Origin: an uncultured Gemmatimonadaceae bacterium
GTDB lineage: Bacteria; Gemmatimonadota; Gemmatimonadetes; Gemmatimonadales; Gemmatimonadaceae
Assembly: GCA_963817955.1 (NCBI GenBank)
Contig: CAWFQK010000004.1
Coordinates: 864,001-928,000, forward strand
Direction of reading: 5' to 3'
Length of the DNA: 64,000 nt
A program made the translations under genes and the position numbers. Under the pieces are notes generated by a model. It did no database searches. It had not been told where the DNA came from and worked only from the letters and a program-made list of their open reading frames with translations. How positions within the stretch are numbered: position 1 is the first letter of the stretch; each line of letters starts with the position of its first letter. Positions 31,111 through 41,222 of this stretch are shown here, piece after piece.

Positions 31111-31464
31111 TCAGCCGAGCGTGATGATGGAACTCGTGGCGCCCTTCTCGATGCCTTCGAGAATCCAGTCGTTCACCCGGCCCATGATCTTGTCGAAGTT
31201 CTCCTGCGCGACGAGCAGACGTTGATAGCTCGCACGTCCCTGGATCTGTCCAAGCAAGCCGTCGAGCTCCCGCTCCATCTCCTCGGTGGGGCGCTGACCC
31301 TTCTGAATCATCCGCTGCGCATCGACGCGAAGCTGCTCCATCTTCTGCAGCAGCGCCACGGTATCCTTGTCGTCGTTCAGCGCGTCGCTCGCCCGTTTCA
31401 CTGCCTGATATTCGCTGCTCTGCCCGACCAGCCGGCCGAGATCTTTGGCTTTGGATTCAATCAT
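31111..31464 (-). CDS. YlbF/YmcA-like regulator
   Basis: MIESKAKDLGRLVGQSSEYQ...LLVAQENFDKIMGRVNDWI, all helical, matches the Com_YlbF pattern. Confidence 0.7.
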   Translation of the reverse strand: MIESKAKDLGRLVGQSSEYQAVKRASDALNDDKDTVALLQKMEQLRVDAQRMIQKGQRPTEEMERELDGLLGQIQGRASYQRLLVAQENFDKIMGRVNDWILEGIEKGATSSIITLG

Positions 31465-31548
31465 GTTGCTGGTTATTGGTTGCTGGTTGCTCTGTGCTAT
31501 GTACAGCGTGGCCATCTACCCAACACGACAACTCACAATCACTACCCT

Positions 31549-32436
31549 CTACTCGTCGCCCCTCCACGCTAATACAAACCGCTCCCGCCCGGTCAGGTCC
31601 AGCTCCACCCGCACGCGATCGAAGCGGCGGTCGCGGCTGACCAGCTCCGCCACGAGCGATGCACGGCGAACGTCCACCTCGATCGCCAGCAATCCGTTGG
31701 GGGCGAGCACGCCGGCGGCCTCGCGCACGAGTCGGGTCGTGGCTGTCATGCCATCCGATCCGCTATACAACGCGACGGCCGGCTCCCAATCGCGGACACT
31801 GGCAGGGAGCGCCACAGCCTCGCCGTGGGCGATGTAGGGCGGATTCGACACGACGACGCGCGCGCGCACATCGAGCAGCGGTCCAAGCAGCGAGCCGTGC
31901 AGCATCTCGACGGGCGCGCGCAGTACGGTCTTGGACAGCTCGATGTTGCGCCGCGCCACGGCGAGCGCATCGAGCGATATGTCGGTTCCGTAGACGAGCG
32001 CGAACTGCCCTTCCGCCGCCAGCGCGATCGCGAGCGCGCCCGATCCGGTACCCACGTCGATGGCGAGGCCACCCGTGGTACCCGACGTGGCGTCGAGCAC
32101 GAGATCCACGAGTTGCTCGGTTTCGGGACGCGGAATGAGCACGCGCTCATCGACGTCGAGGGTGAGGTGGCGAAAGGCGGCGCGGCCAACCGCATACGCG
32201 AGCGGCGCGCCTTGCAGGCGCCGCTCCACAGCGAGCGTCGCGCGCGCGAGCGTTGGCGCATCCACTTCGACGCCGCCATTCATCAATGGCCAGAACCGCG
32301 GCGCGTCGTACAGGCCGGAAACGATCTCACGGGCCTCTGAGAATGCCTCGGGAACGCCTCGCGACGCGAGCCGCCGCGCGAGATCCTCCAGCAACGTGCT
32401 GACGGTGACCGTCGTACCGAGGTGTTCCGTGGTCAT
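31549..32436 (-). CDS. prmC: Release factor glutamine methyltransferase
   Basis: VLIPRPETE, DVGTGSG, VSNPPYI; downstream of prfA. Confidence 0.95.
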   Translation of the reverse strand: MTTEHLGTTVTVSTLLEDLARRLASRGVPEAFSEAREIVSGLYDAPRFWPLMNGGVEVDAPTLARATLAVERRLQGAPLAYAVGRAAFRHLTLDVDERVLIPRPETEQLVDLVLDATSGTTGGLAIDVGTGSGALAIALAAEGQFALVYGTDISLDALAVARRNIELSKTVLRAPVEMLHGSLLGPLLDVRARVVVSNPPYIAHGEAVALPASVRDWEPAVALYSGSDGMTATTRLVREAAGVLAPNGLLAIEVDVRRASLVAELVSRDRRFDRVRVELDLTGRERFVLAWRGDE

Positions 32437-33503
32437 TCGTCGGCTCCGAACTGTTCCTCGACGTCGGCGAGCTTCAGCGCTTGGATCAACGGTCCAATGT
32501 TCCCGTCCATGAACCCCTGCAGGTCATGGGTCGCCCAGCCGATGCGGTGGTCGGTCACGCGGCTCTGCGGGTAATTATAGGTGCGAATTTTGGCCGAGCG
32601 GTCGCCAGTGCCCACTTGGGTACGGCGCATCTTGGACCGCGCCGCCTCCTGCTCGGAGATGCGCAGATCGAGCAGGCGCGCGCGGAGCACTTCCATGGCC
32701 TTCAGCTTGTTCTGGAGCTGCGACTTCTGGTCCTGTTGGCTCACGACGAGCCCGGACGGCAGGTGCGTGATGCGGACGGCCGAGTCCGTCGTGTTCACGC
32801 TCTGTCCGCCTGGGCCAGATGAACGGAAGACGTCGATCCGGAGATCCTTGTCCTCGATCTTGACGTCGACTTCCTCCGCCTCCGGCAACACGGCAACGGT
32901 CGCCGCCGACGTGTGGATGCGGCCCTGGTTCTCGGTGGCGGGCACGCGTTGCACGCGGTGCACCCCCGACTCCCGACGCATGGCACCGTAGGGGCCGTCA
33001 CCTGTAAGCTTAAATATCGCTTTTCTGATTCCGCCGAGCGTCGCCTCGGACATCGACAGCATCTCGATGCCGAAGCCGCCGCGTTCGACGTAGCGCGAGT
33101 ACATGCGGAAGAGGTCGGCGGCAAACAGCGCCGCCTCATCGCCGCCCGTGCCGGCGCTGATCTCGACGATGGCGTTGCGATCGTCGAGCGGATCGCGCGG
33201 CATGAGGGCTGGCGTGAGCCGGGTCTCGAGGTCGGCGATCGTGCCCTCGAGCCGGATCGCCTCGGCTCGAGCCTCGGCGGCCATTTCGGGGTCGTCAACG
33301 GAAACGAGCTCGCGCACCTGCGCGAGCTCGTCCTCGGCCTTCTGCAGCTGCGCCGCCATCGCCACCACCGGCATCAGCCGGCTGTGCTCCCGACCGAGCT
33401 CCGCGAACAGATTGGCATCGCGAAGCCCGCTCGGATTGGCGAGCGCCCGCTCCACTTCTTCGGCGCGGGCGAGGGCGGCCGCTAGACGATCGCGGAGCGC
33501 CAG
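32433..33503 (-). CDS. prfA: Peptide chain release factor 1 (start uncertain)
   Basis: AGTGGDEA, ESGVHRVQRVPAT (PxT), GPGGQ, RTYNYPQ. Confidence 0.95.
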   Translation of the reverse strand: MALRDRLAAALARAEEVERALANPSGLRDANLFAELGREHSRLMPVVAMAAQLQKAEDELAQVRELVSVDDPEMAAEARAEAIRLEGTIADLETRLTPALMPRDPLDDRNAIVEISAGTGGDEAALFAADLFRMYSRYVERGGFGIEMLSMSEATLGGIRKAIFKLTGDGPYGAMRRESGVHRVQRVPATENQGRIHTSAATVAVLPEAEEVDVKIEDKDLRIDVFRSSGPGGQSVNTTDSAVRITHLPSGLVVSQQDQKSQLQNKLKAMEVLRARLLDLRISEQEAARSKMRRTQVGTGDRSAKIRTYNYPQSRVTDHRIGWATHDLQGFMDGNIGPLIQALKLADVEEQFGADE

Positions 33504-33510
33504 GAGCGTC

Positions 33511-33729
33511 TCAGTTCGATGCCGCGGCCGTGTGCTTCGCGAACTTCTGACGGAAGCGCTCGACACGGCCAGCCGTGTCCATCAGACGCTGCTTGCCCGT
33601 GAAGAACGGGTGACAGTTCGCGCAGACGTCCGTGTGAATCTCCGCCTGGGTCGACCGGGTCAGAAATGTATTGCCGCAGGCGCACTTGACAGTCGCCGTC
33701 GCGTATTCGGGATGGATGTCGCTCTTCAC
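33511..33729 (-). CDS. rpmE: 50S ribosomal protein L31 (Zn-binding form)
   Basis: [26 protein letters not shown]. Confidence 0.96.
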   Translation of the reverse strand: MKSDIHPEYATATVKCACGNTFLTRSTQAEIHTDVCANCHPFFTGKQRLMDTAGRVERFRQKFAKHTAAASN

Positions 33730-34038
33730 GAGAACCTCGTCATTGCGTGGGGCGTCGAAACACGGAGCGTGAAACGCAACCGCGTTCCGCAACCTCCGCG
33801 GGCATTACGCCCGGGTTTGAATAGCTTGGTAATATACCCATTACGAGCCCTAACAGACAAGGCGACAAGCATTTGGGAATCCAGTGGCCCGCCTCTTGTG
33901 TGTCTCGTTGTCCCGTTGTCTCGTATCCCACGTAACCGCTTACATTTTGACAACTTCCAACGCACGGGCTAACTTCGCGCCGATTTGTGGGGCGCCGTCG
34001 TCCCTCGCCCTTGGATCGTGCACCCTGGCCCAATCTTC

Positions 34039-34716
34039 GTGACCACCACGGCCGACTTCCTGGCAACGGTGCCGTTGTTCAACGGCCTCGACCACACCGA
34101 GCTGCAGCGATTCGCCGAGCTGACGCGGGAAAAATTCTATCCCAAGGGCAGCGTCATCCTGTTCGAGAACGACCCCGGTGACTCGTTGTTCGTCGTTCGG
34201 CAGGGTCGCGTCAAAGTGGTACTCATTGGCGAGGACGGACGCGAAGTCATCCTCGGCGTGCTCGGCGTGAGCGAACACTTCGGCGAGCTCGCGTTGATCG
34301 ATGATCGCCCGCGCTCGGCGCACGTCATCGCCATGGAAGACTCGCATCTGCTCGTCCTCCGGCGCGAGGATTTCCGCAAGCGCGTCGAATCGTCTCCGGC
34401 GGTCGCCTGGTCACTGCTCACGGAACTGTCGCGCCGTCTGCGTCGCGCTGATGAAAAGATCGGCGGCCTCGTGCTGCTCGACGTCCCCGGCCGTATCGCG
34501 CGCCTGCTGCTCGACCTCTCGTCGGAAGGAGGCAGCGACACCATCCAAAAACCGCTCACGCATCAGACGATCGCCCAGATGATCGGCGCGAGCCGCGAGA
34601 CCGTATCGCGCGCGATCAAGGACTTTCAGGAGGCCCATTGGCTGACCGTGGAGCGGCGGCGTATCACCATTGCAGACCGCCCGGCGCTCGAGAAACGAGC
34701 TCAGGCCAAGCTGTAA
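34039..34716 (+). CDS. Crp/Fnr family transcriptional regulator
   Basis: FGELALID, PRSA cNMP pocket, HTH IGASRETVSR. Confidence 0.93.
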   Translation: MTTTADFLATVPLFNGLDHTELQRFAELTREKFYPKGSVILFENDPGDSLFVVRQGRVKVVLIGEDGREVILGVLGVSEHFGELALIDDRPRSAHVIAMEDSHLLVLRREDFRKRVESSPAVAWSLLTELSRRLRRADEKIGGLVLLDVPGRIARLLLDLSSEGGSDTIQKPLTHQTIAQMIGASRETVSRAIKDFQEAHWLTVERRRITIADRPALEKRAQAKL

Positions 34717-34822
34717 ATGCCGGTGGGATGTGATCATGGTCACGTCCCACGCGTGACTTCCTTCCTGGTCCTGTTCGGTTCGCTTCCCCCATATTGCTGC
34801 TGAGCCCTGAGACACTGCGTAC

Positions 34823-35698
34823 ATGACTTTGCTTTTGCGGTTCTGGGGAGTTCGTGGTTCCATTCCCTCCCCCGGGCCTCGGACCGCGCAGTACGGCGGC
34901 AACACACCATGTGTGGAGGTGCGAACCAAGTCCGGTGGGCTAGTGATCCTCGACGCCGGAACGGGGCTGCGCGAGTTGGGACGTTCCCTGGTCGCTCAGG
35001 AAGGTGGCACCGCAGTCATTGCCGACATTTTTTTGACGCACGCACATTGGGATCATATCCAGGGTATTCCCTTCTTCGCTCCACTCTTTGAGCGCGGCAA
35101 CCGGTTCACGATCTGGAGCTCGAAGGTGTTGGCGGTAGCGGGCGGCGCCGAGCAGGTCGTTCGCGATCAGATGGGGCCGGTCGTCTTTCCAGTATCCTTC
35201 GATGAACTGAAGGCGCAGGTCGATTTCCGTGAGATCGCCGAGGAGCAACGGATCGGGAACGGGTATGTCGTCACTGCGTTTCCAGTGCAGCATCCGGGCG
35301 GCGCTGTGGGGTACCGGTTCGCTGATGCAGCAACCGGTGAATCGTTCGTCTATATCTCGGACAACGAGCTCGCGTCGACCGGCGGACCTGGCACGGACGC
35401 GAACTGGCGGACAAGGCTGGTGGAGTTCGTACGCGGGTCACAGCTGCTCATTCACGACGCGACGTACACCAATGACGAGTACCAGGGCCGCCGCGGTTGG
35501 GGGCACTCGACGTACGACGAGGCGGTGGCGTTGGCGCTCGACGCCGGAGTGGACGAGCTCGTGCTGTTCCACCACAACCCCGAGCGTTCGGACGATGAAT
35601 TGGGCCATCACGTGGCAGCCTGCCAGGCGATGGTCAGGGCGCTGGGCAACCCCCTGAGGGTGCGGGCTGCTGCGGAAGGAATGACGTTGCGCGTATGA
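34823..35698 (+). CDS. MBL-fold metallo-hydrolase (putative phosphodiesterase)
   Basis: FWGVRGSIP, YGGNTPC, DAGTG, THAHWDHIQG, HPGG, GWGHS, LFHH. Confidence 0.88.
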   Translation: MTLLLRFWGVRGSIPSPGPRTAQYGGNTPCVEVRTKSGGLVILDAGTGLRELGRSLVAQEGGTAVIADIFLTHAHWDHIQGIPFFAPLFERGNRFTIWSSKVLAVAGGAEQVVRDQMGPVVFPVSFDELKAQVDFREIAEEQRIGNGYVVTAFPVQHPGGAVGYRFADAATGESFVYISDNELASTGGPGTDANWRTRLVEFVRGSQLLIHDATYTNDEYQGRRGWGHSTYDEAVALALDAGVDELVLFHHNPERSDDELGHHVAACQAMVRALGNPLRVRAAAEGMTLRV

Positions 35699-35727
35699 TC
35701 ATCGATTTCGTGTCTCAGGAGGACACC

Positions 35728-36558
35728 ATGCTGCGTTCGCTATCGCATCGCATTTCTTGTCTGGCCGTCGTGGTGACGCTCGCCCTGCCGGCCGCCGCGC
35801 TGGCGCAGGCCGATACGCGGCCAGTCGTCGTGGTGTTCACGTTCACGAACAGCTCGATCGGTGCCGGCCGCGCCGATTTCGACGGTATCTCGACGGGCGT
35901 GCAGGATCTGCTCATCACGGATATCGCATCGAACGACAAGGTCCGGCTCGTCGACCGCAGCCGCATCGACGCGGTGCTGCGTGAACAAAACATGGTCAAG
36001 GCGGGCCAGATCGAGGCGCAGACGGCGGTGCGGATCGGCAAGATCATGGGCGCGCAGTACGCGATCGTTGGCGGCTTCATGGCGGACGGACACGGAACAG
36101 CAGTGCTCACGGCAAGCACGATCGACATCGAGACAACGCAGATCGCCAATCCGCAGAAGATCACGGGAAAGTCAGATGACGTCCTGGCAATGATCGGGCA
36201 GTTGTCGACACGCCTGGCAAAGGACCTGGTGCTCGCACCGAAACCAGGGCGTCGCGTCGGTGATGGCGGTGAGACCGGCGCCAAGAGCGCGCCAGCCCAG
36301 AGCGGCGCGCCATCGGGAACGGCAAAGTCCGCCGCGGTCGAGACCTATGCGCTGGTCGTGCCGTCGCCCGTGGTGGCATCGACGATGAAGACCAAGCTCG
36401 ACATCGCCACGATGAAGGTGTACTCCACGGCGCTCGACGAGATGGACAAGAAGAACACGGCGAAGGCGGTGGAGCTGTTCAGGCAGGTGCGCGCCAAGTT
36501 TCCTACTTTCGAACCGGCCAAGCGGAACCTGGAAAAGCTCGGCGCCGCGACGGGCTGA
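35728..36558 (+). CDS. CsgG/HfaB-like secreted protein with TPR-like tail
   Basis: ATG after AGGAGG; signal peptide; LVDRSRIDAVLREQ, AVRIGKIMGAQY. Confidence 0.75.
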   Translation: MLRSLSHRISCLAVVVTLALPAAALAQADTRPVVVVFTFTNSSIGAGRADFDGISTGVQDLLITDIASNDKVRLVDRSRIDAVLREQNMVKAGQIEAQTAVRIGKIMGAQYAIVGGFMADGHGTAVLTASTIDIETTQIANPQKITGKSDDVLAMIGQLSTRLAKDLVLAPKPGRRVGDGGETGAKSAPAQSGAPSGTAKSAAVETYALVVPSPVVASTMKTKLDIATMKVYSTALDEMDKKNTAKAVELFRQVRAKFPTFEPAKRNLEKLGAATG

Positions 36559-36589
36559 ACCCGCCAGTCCCGATTGTCACCGTGGGTTG

Positions 36590-36718
36590 GGCGCGGCGGG
36601 CGCGCCCAACCACGACCGTGATGTTGTCCGACCCGCCGCGATCGAGGGCCAGAGCCACCAGCGCCCGGCAGGCGATGTTCGGCGTCCAGGAGGCTGGCCC
36701 GATCCCCGTGCTCTGGGT
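36590..36718 (-). pseudogene. C-terminal remnant of a PP2C-type Ser/Thr phosphatase
   Basis: Minus-strand frame reads IACRALVALALDRGGSDNITVVVGR; upstream in-frame stop near 36722; no start codon. Confidence 0.6.
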
Positions 36719-36729
36719 ACGTTAGCGTT

Positions 36730-38690
36730 GTGAAGCCTCTGCTCATCACTGCCATCGGGCGCACGATCTCTTCGACGCCCTTGGGTCGCCGGGAAGGCGA
36801 TGTCGAGGTGCGGCGGGTTCCCGCACTTCCAACGGCCTCGACGATCGATGTCGGCCGGCCCACGGTCATTCTGCTCGATCACGCACTAGTAGCGAGCGCG
36901 GGCGGAGATGCGAAACGACTGGCGGAGCTGGCTGGCGTCGCCGCACTCGTTGGGTTGGGCTACCCGGGTGAGGCAGAGCCGCCGCAGGATTATCCCTCCG
37001 AGCTCCTGACCGGGTATCTGCCGGCCGACGCAGCGGCCGGAACAATCATCGCCATGCTCCGCGGCGGGTTTCGTCATGCCGCGGTCATGGTGGCCGAGCG
37101 CCGCGCGCGCGCCGCGCAGGACGAGCGCCATCGCGAGCTCACCGAGCTGACAGCGGTCGGCGTCGCGCTGTCGACGCAGCGCGACCTGCTCACCCTGCTC
37201 GAGATGATCCTCAGCCATGCGCGGCGCATCACGACGTCGGACGCCGGTTCGCTCTATCTCACCGACCGGGCCGACCACAGCGGGGCGCCGGACACTTTGC
37301 GCTTCAAGCTCTCGCAGAACCATACGCTGCCCGCGCTGCCGCTCACCGAGTTCACCGTTCCCATCGATCACACGAGCCTCGCCGGGTACACAGCGGCAAC
37401 CGGCCAGCCCCTGGCGATCGCCGACGTGTACCTGCTGCCGGACGACGTCACGTACACCCAGAACCGGAGCTTTGACGAGAAGTTCGGCTACCGCACGAAA
37501 TCGATGCTCGTGATTCCGATGAAGACACATCGCGATGAGATCATCGGCGTGCTCCAACTCATCAATCGCAAGCGGTCCGTCGATGATCGGCTCACGACCA
37601 GCGACGTGGTCGAGGAACAAGTGATTCCTTACGACCAGCGGGCCGAGGAGCTGGTGAGCGCGCTCGCGTCGCAGGCCGCGGTGGCGATCGAGAACAGCCG
37701 GTTATACGAAGACATCGAGCGCCTGTTCGAAGGATTCGTCACCGCGGCAGTGACGGCAATCGAATCGCGCGATCCCACCACCTCCGGCCATTCCGACCGC
37801 GTGGCGTTCATGACGGTGAGCCTCGCCGAAGCACTGGATCGCGTCGGCGTCGGGCCGTACAAGGGCGTCCAGTTCACGCGCGCGCAACTGCGCGAGTTGC
37901 GGTATGCCGGATTGTTGCACGACTTCGGCAAGGTCGGCGTCCGCGAGCAGGTGCTCGTGAAGCAGAAGAAGCTGTACCCGCACGACCTCGAAATCATCCG
38001 CAGCCGCTTCGCCTATCTCCTGCAAAGCGCCGATCTCGATTTCGAGCGCGGGCGTGCCGAGGTGCTCATGCTGGAGGGCCGCGCCGGCCTCGACGAGGCG
38101 CTGGACCGGTTGCAGTGCGCGCGGCAGTCTACGCGGGACGAGCTGCACCGTGCCCTCGCCGCCATCGTGACGCGCAAACGAGCCGACGATTCTGCCCGAG
38201 GGGACCTTTGAGGAACTGCACGCGATCAACCAACGCACGTACACCGACTTCGAGGGTGCCGAGCGCCTACTGCTCGCCGATCACGAGCTGCAGTTCCTCA
38301 TGATTCGCAAGGGCACGCTGGATGATAGCGAGCGGCTCGAGATCGAGTCGCATGTCACGCATACGTATCGGTTCCTCGAGCAGATTCCCTGGACGCGAGA
38401 GCTTCGGGGCATCCCGGAGATCGCCTACGGTCATCACGAAAAGCTCAACGGCACGCGGTTATCCCCGTGCCATCGGTGCCGACGCCATCTCATTGCAGAC
38501 GCGTATGATGACCATTGCCGACATCTTCGACGCGCTCACGGCCAGCGACCGCCCGTACAAGCGCGCCATCCCCTGGGCGCGTGCACTCGACATTCTGCGC
38601 ATGGAAGCCCGGGAGGGGATGCTCGATGAGCATTTGCTCACGAGCTTCGTCGAGGCGCGCGTGTACGAGAGTGTGTTGTCGGGCGCCTGA
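36730..38690 (+). CDS. GAF + HD-GYP phosphohydrolase (frameshifts near 38173 and 38456)
   Basis: GAF ([18 protein letters not shown]), [24 protein letters not shown](G)[16 protein letters not shown] spread over three frames. Confidence 0.88.
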
Positions 38691-38702
38691 CGCACGGACG
38701 GC

Positions 38703-39407
38703 ATGCACGTCTCCCCTCTCGGCGACCGGGCGGTCCTGATTACCCTTGGCGTGGCGATCGACGAGGCGACGCACCGGCGCGTGCGCGCCGTGACGGCGCG
38801 CGTGAGCGGCGCGCGGCACGCCGGCGTCACCGATATCGTTCCCGCGTTCGTCAGCGTCACGGTGCACTATGATCCGTGCGCCTTTGCCAGCGCGGACGCG
38901 TCTCCATTCGAAGCGGTGACCGCGTGGCTGCAACAGACGCTTGCCGGCGTGCGTCCCGACGAACTCCCGGCGCCACGCGTGGTAGAGATCCCGGTCTGCT
39001 ACGGCGGCGCGTTCGGTCCCGACCTCGACGACGTGGCACGCCAGCACGCGCTGTCCCCGGAACAGGTGGTGCACCTCCACACGGGCGGCGACTACCTGGT
39101 GTACATGGTTGGATTCATGCCGGGCTTCGCCTACCTCGGCGGTTTGCCAGATGCGATCGCGACGCCGCGCCGGTCGTCGCCGCGGACGGCCGTTCCCGCC
39201 GGCACGGTCGGGATTGGCGGCCAGCAGACCGGCGTCTATCCACTCGAGTCGCCTGGCGGATGGAATCTCATCGGTCGAACGCCGTTGCGCGTGTTTGACA
39301 TCGAGCGACCGGAACCCGCCCTGCTCGTCACCGGCGACCGCGTACGGTTTCGCGCCATTTCGCTCGACGAATTTCAGCGCTGGACGCCGGACGAGGTGAT
39401 GGCGTGA
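38703..39407 (+). CDS. pxpB: 5-oxoprolinase subunit B
   Basis: IPVCYGG, GPDL, GFMPGFAYL, QTGVYP, SPGGWNLIGRT. Confidence 0.93.
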   Translation: MHVSPLGDRAVLITLGVAIDEATHRRVRAVTARVSGARHAGVTDIVPAFVSVTVHYDPCAFASADASPFEAVTAWLQQTLAGVRPDELPAPRVVEIPVCYGGAFGPDLDDVARQHALSPEQVVHLHTGGDYLVYMVGFMPGFAYLGGLPDAIATPRRSSPRTAVPAGTVGIGGQQTGVYPLESPGGWNLIGRTPLRVFDIERPEPALLVTGDRVRFRAISLDEFQRWTPDEVMA

Positions 39408-40417
39408 GCGTACACATCGTCACGGCAGGGCTGCAGACCACCGTCCAGGACTTGGGCCGCGTGGGACATCAGGCGGACGGAGTGCCGGCTGGCGGCGCCA
39501 TGGATCGCGCGGCGCTGCGCGCCGGCAACGCGCTGGTCGGCAATGACGAGGGCGCCGCTGGTCTCGAGGCAACGCTCATCGCTCCAACGATCACGTTCGA
39601 CCAGCCGACGCTGATCGCGCTCACCGGAGGCGAGTTCGACGCGACCGTGGACGGTACGTCCGTCGGTACCTGGCGTCCGCTGTACCTGCCTGCTGGCGCC
39701 ACGCTGCGGTTCGGACATGCGCGCGTCGGCTGCCGCGTCTACCTGCTCGTGGCGGGCGGCGTGGACGCGCCACCGGTGTTCGGCAGCCACAGCACCTATC
39801 TGCGCGGTGGTTTCGGGGGCTGCAGCGGGCGGGCACTGCGCGCCGGGGACGTGCTCGCCACTGGCACGCCGTCGGCGCTGTCGCGCACGATCGCGCAGTC
39901 GTTCGGCGATATCGGCAGCGTTGCCGTCGCAAAGTGGAACGTTCATGGCACCCTCCGGCCCCGCTACAGCGATAGTGCAGTCGTCCACGTGCTGCCGGGA
40001 GCGCATCTCGACGCCCTCGACGACGCGTCGCGGGCGTGCATGTTCGGCGAGGCGTTCCGCGTGTCGTCGAGCTCCGATCGAATGGGCTATCGCTTGGAGG
40101 GAACGCCGCTCGCCTTGCAGGCGCCGATCGAGATCCTCTCCGAAGGAGTGGCGTTCGGCACCGTGCAACTACCACCTGGCGGCGCGCCCATCATCCTCAT
40201 GGCCGACCGGCAAACCACGGGCGGCTATCCCCGCATCGCCGAGGTAGCGAGCATCGACTTGCCGATCATGGCGCAACTCCGCCCCGGCGATCGCGTTCGC
40301 TTCGTGCCAATACCCATCGGTGAAGCCCAGCGACTGTACCTTGAGCAGGAGCAGGATCTGGCGCAGGCACGTTTTGCCATCGCGCTGCGACATCCCCATC
40401 ACCGTGCAACGCCATGA
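39404..40417 (+). CDS. pxpC: 5-oxoprolinase subunit C
   Basis: TTVQDLGR, GGAMD, DRMGYRL, GTVQLP, DRQTTGGYP. Confidence 0.93.
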   Translation: MSVHIVTAGLQTTVQDLGRVGHQADGVPAGGAMDRAALRAGNALVGNDEGAAGLEATLIAPTITFDQPTLIALTGGEFDATVDGTSVGTWRPLYLPAGATLRFGHARVGCRVYLLVAGGVDAPPVFGSHSTYLRGGFGGCSGRALRAGDVLATGTPSALSRTIAQSFGDIGSVAVAKWNVHGTLRPRYSDSAVVHVLPGAHLDALDDASRACMFGEAFRVSSSSDRMGYRLEGTPLALQAPIEILSEGVAFGTVQLPPGGAPIILMADRQTTGGYPRIAEVASIDLPIMAQLRPGDRVRFVPIPIGEAQRLYLEQEQDLAQARFAIALRHPHHRATP

Positions 40418-41178
40418 CCACTCGAGTGGATCTGAACTGCGACATGGGTGAGAGCTTCGGCGCGTACCGCATTGGCGCCGACGACGATGTTCTTCCTTTC
40501 ATCACGTCCGCGAACGTGGCGTGCGGGTTTCACGGTGGTGATCCCTCCGTGATGCGATCGACCATCGCGCACGCCCAGCAGCGTGGCGTGGCCGTCGGCG
40601 CACATCCGGGATTACCAGATCTCATCGGCTTCGGGCGTCGGTCCATGGACATCACGCCCGACGACGTGTACGACCTCGTCGTCTACCAGATCGGTGCGCT
40701 GCTCGGATTCGCCCTGGCGGCGGGCGTGATCGTTCAACATGTGAAAGCGCACGGCGCGCTGTACAACATGGCGGTCGGACGCGCCGATCTTTCGTCGGCG
40801 ATCGCGCGCGCCGTACGCGACGTCGATCGCGGTCTCGTGTTGTTCGGCTTGCCCGGGAGCCACCTGATCAGCGAGGGCAAGGCGGCGGCACTCAAAACGG
40901 CCTGCGAAGCGTTCGCCGATCGGAACTACATGCCCGACGGTTCGCTGGTCTCGCGACGACGCCCCGACGCGCAGGTTCACGACGCAGATGAGGCAGTCGC
41001 GCGCGCCCTCCGCATGGTACGCGAGGGCAAGGTGCGGACGATCGAGGGGACGGACCTCGACATCCAGGCCGACACGATCTGCATTCACGGCGACGGTCCC
41101 CATGCCGCAGAATTCGCCGAGCGCCTGCGGACGAGCTTCGAAGCCGCGGACATCGAGGTGAAAGCAGTAGGGCGATAG
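40414..41178 (+). CDS. pxpA: 5-oxoprolinase subunit A (LamB/YcsF)
   Basis: DLNCDMGES, ANVACGFH, GAHP, HVKAHGALYN, EAFADR, TICIHGD. Confidence 0.95.
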   Translation: MTTRVDLNCDMGESFGAYRIGADDDVLPFITSANVACGFHGGDPSVMRSTIAHAQQRGVAVGAHPGLPDLIGFGRRSMDITPDDVYDLVVYQIGALLGFALAAGVIVQHVKAHGALYNMAVGRADLSSAIARAVRDVDRGLVLFGLPGSHLISEGKAAALKTACEAFADRNYMPDGSLVSRRRPDAQVHDADEAVARALRMVREGKVRTIEGTDLDIQADTICIHGDGPHAAEFAERLRTSFEAADIEVKAVGR

Positions 41179-41222
41179 CGCAGCAGCTCCACTACACCTA
41201 CGAAAGACCTTCAGGGAGGGAA

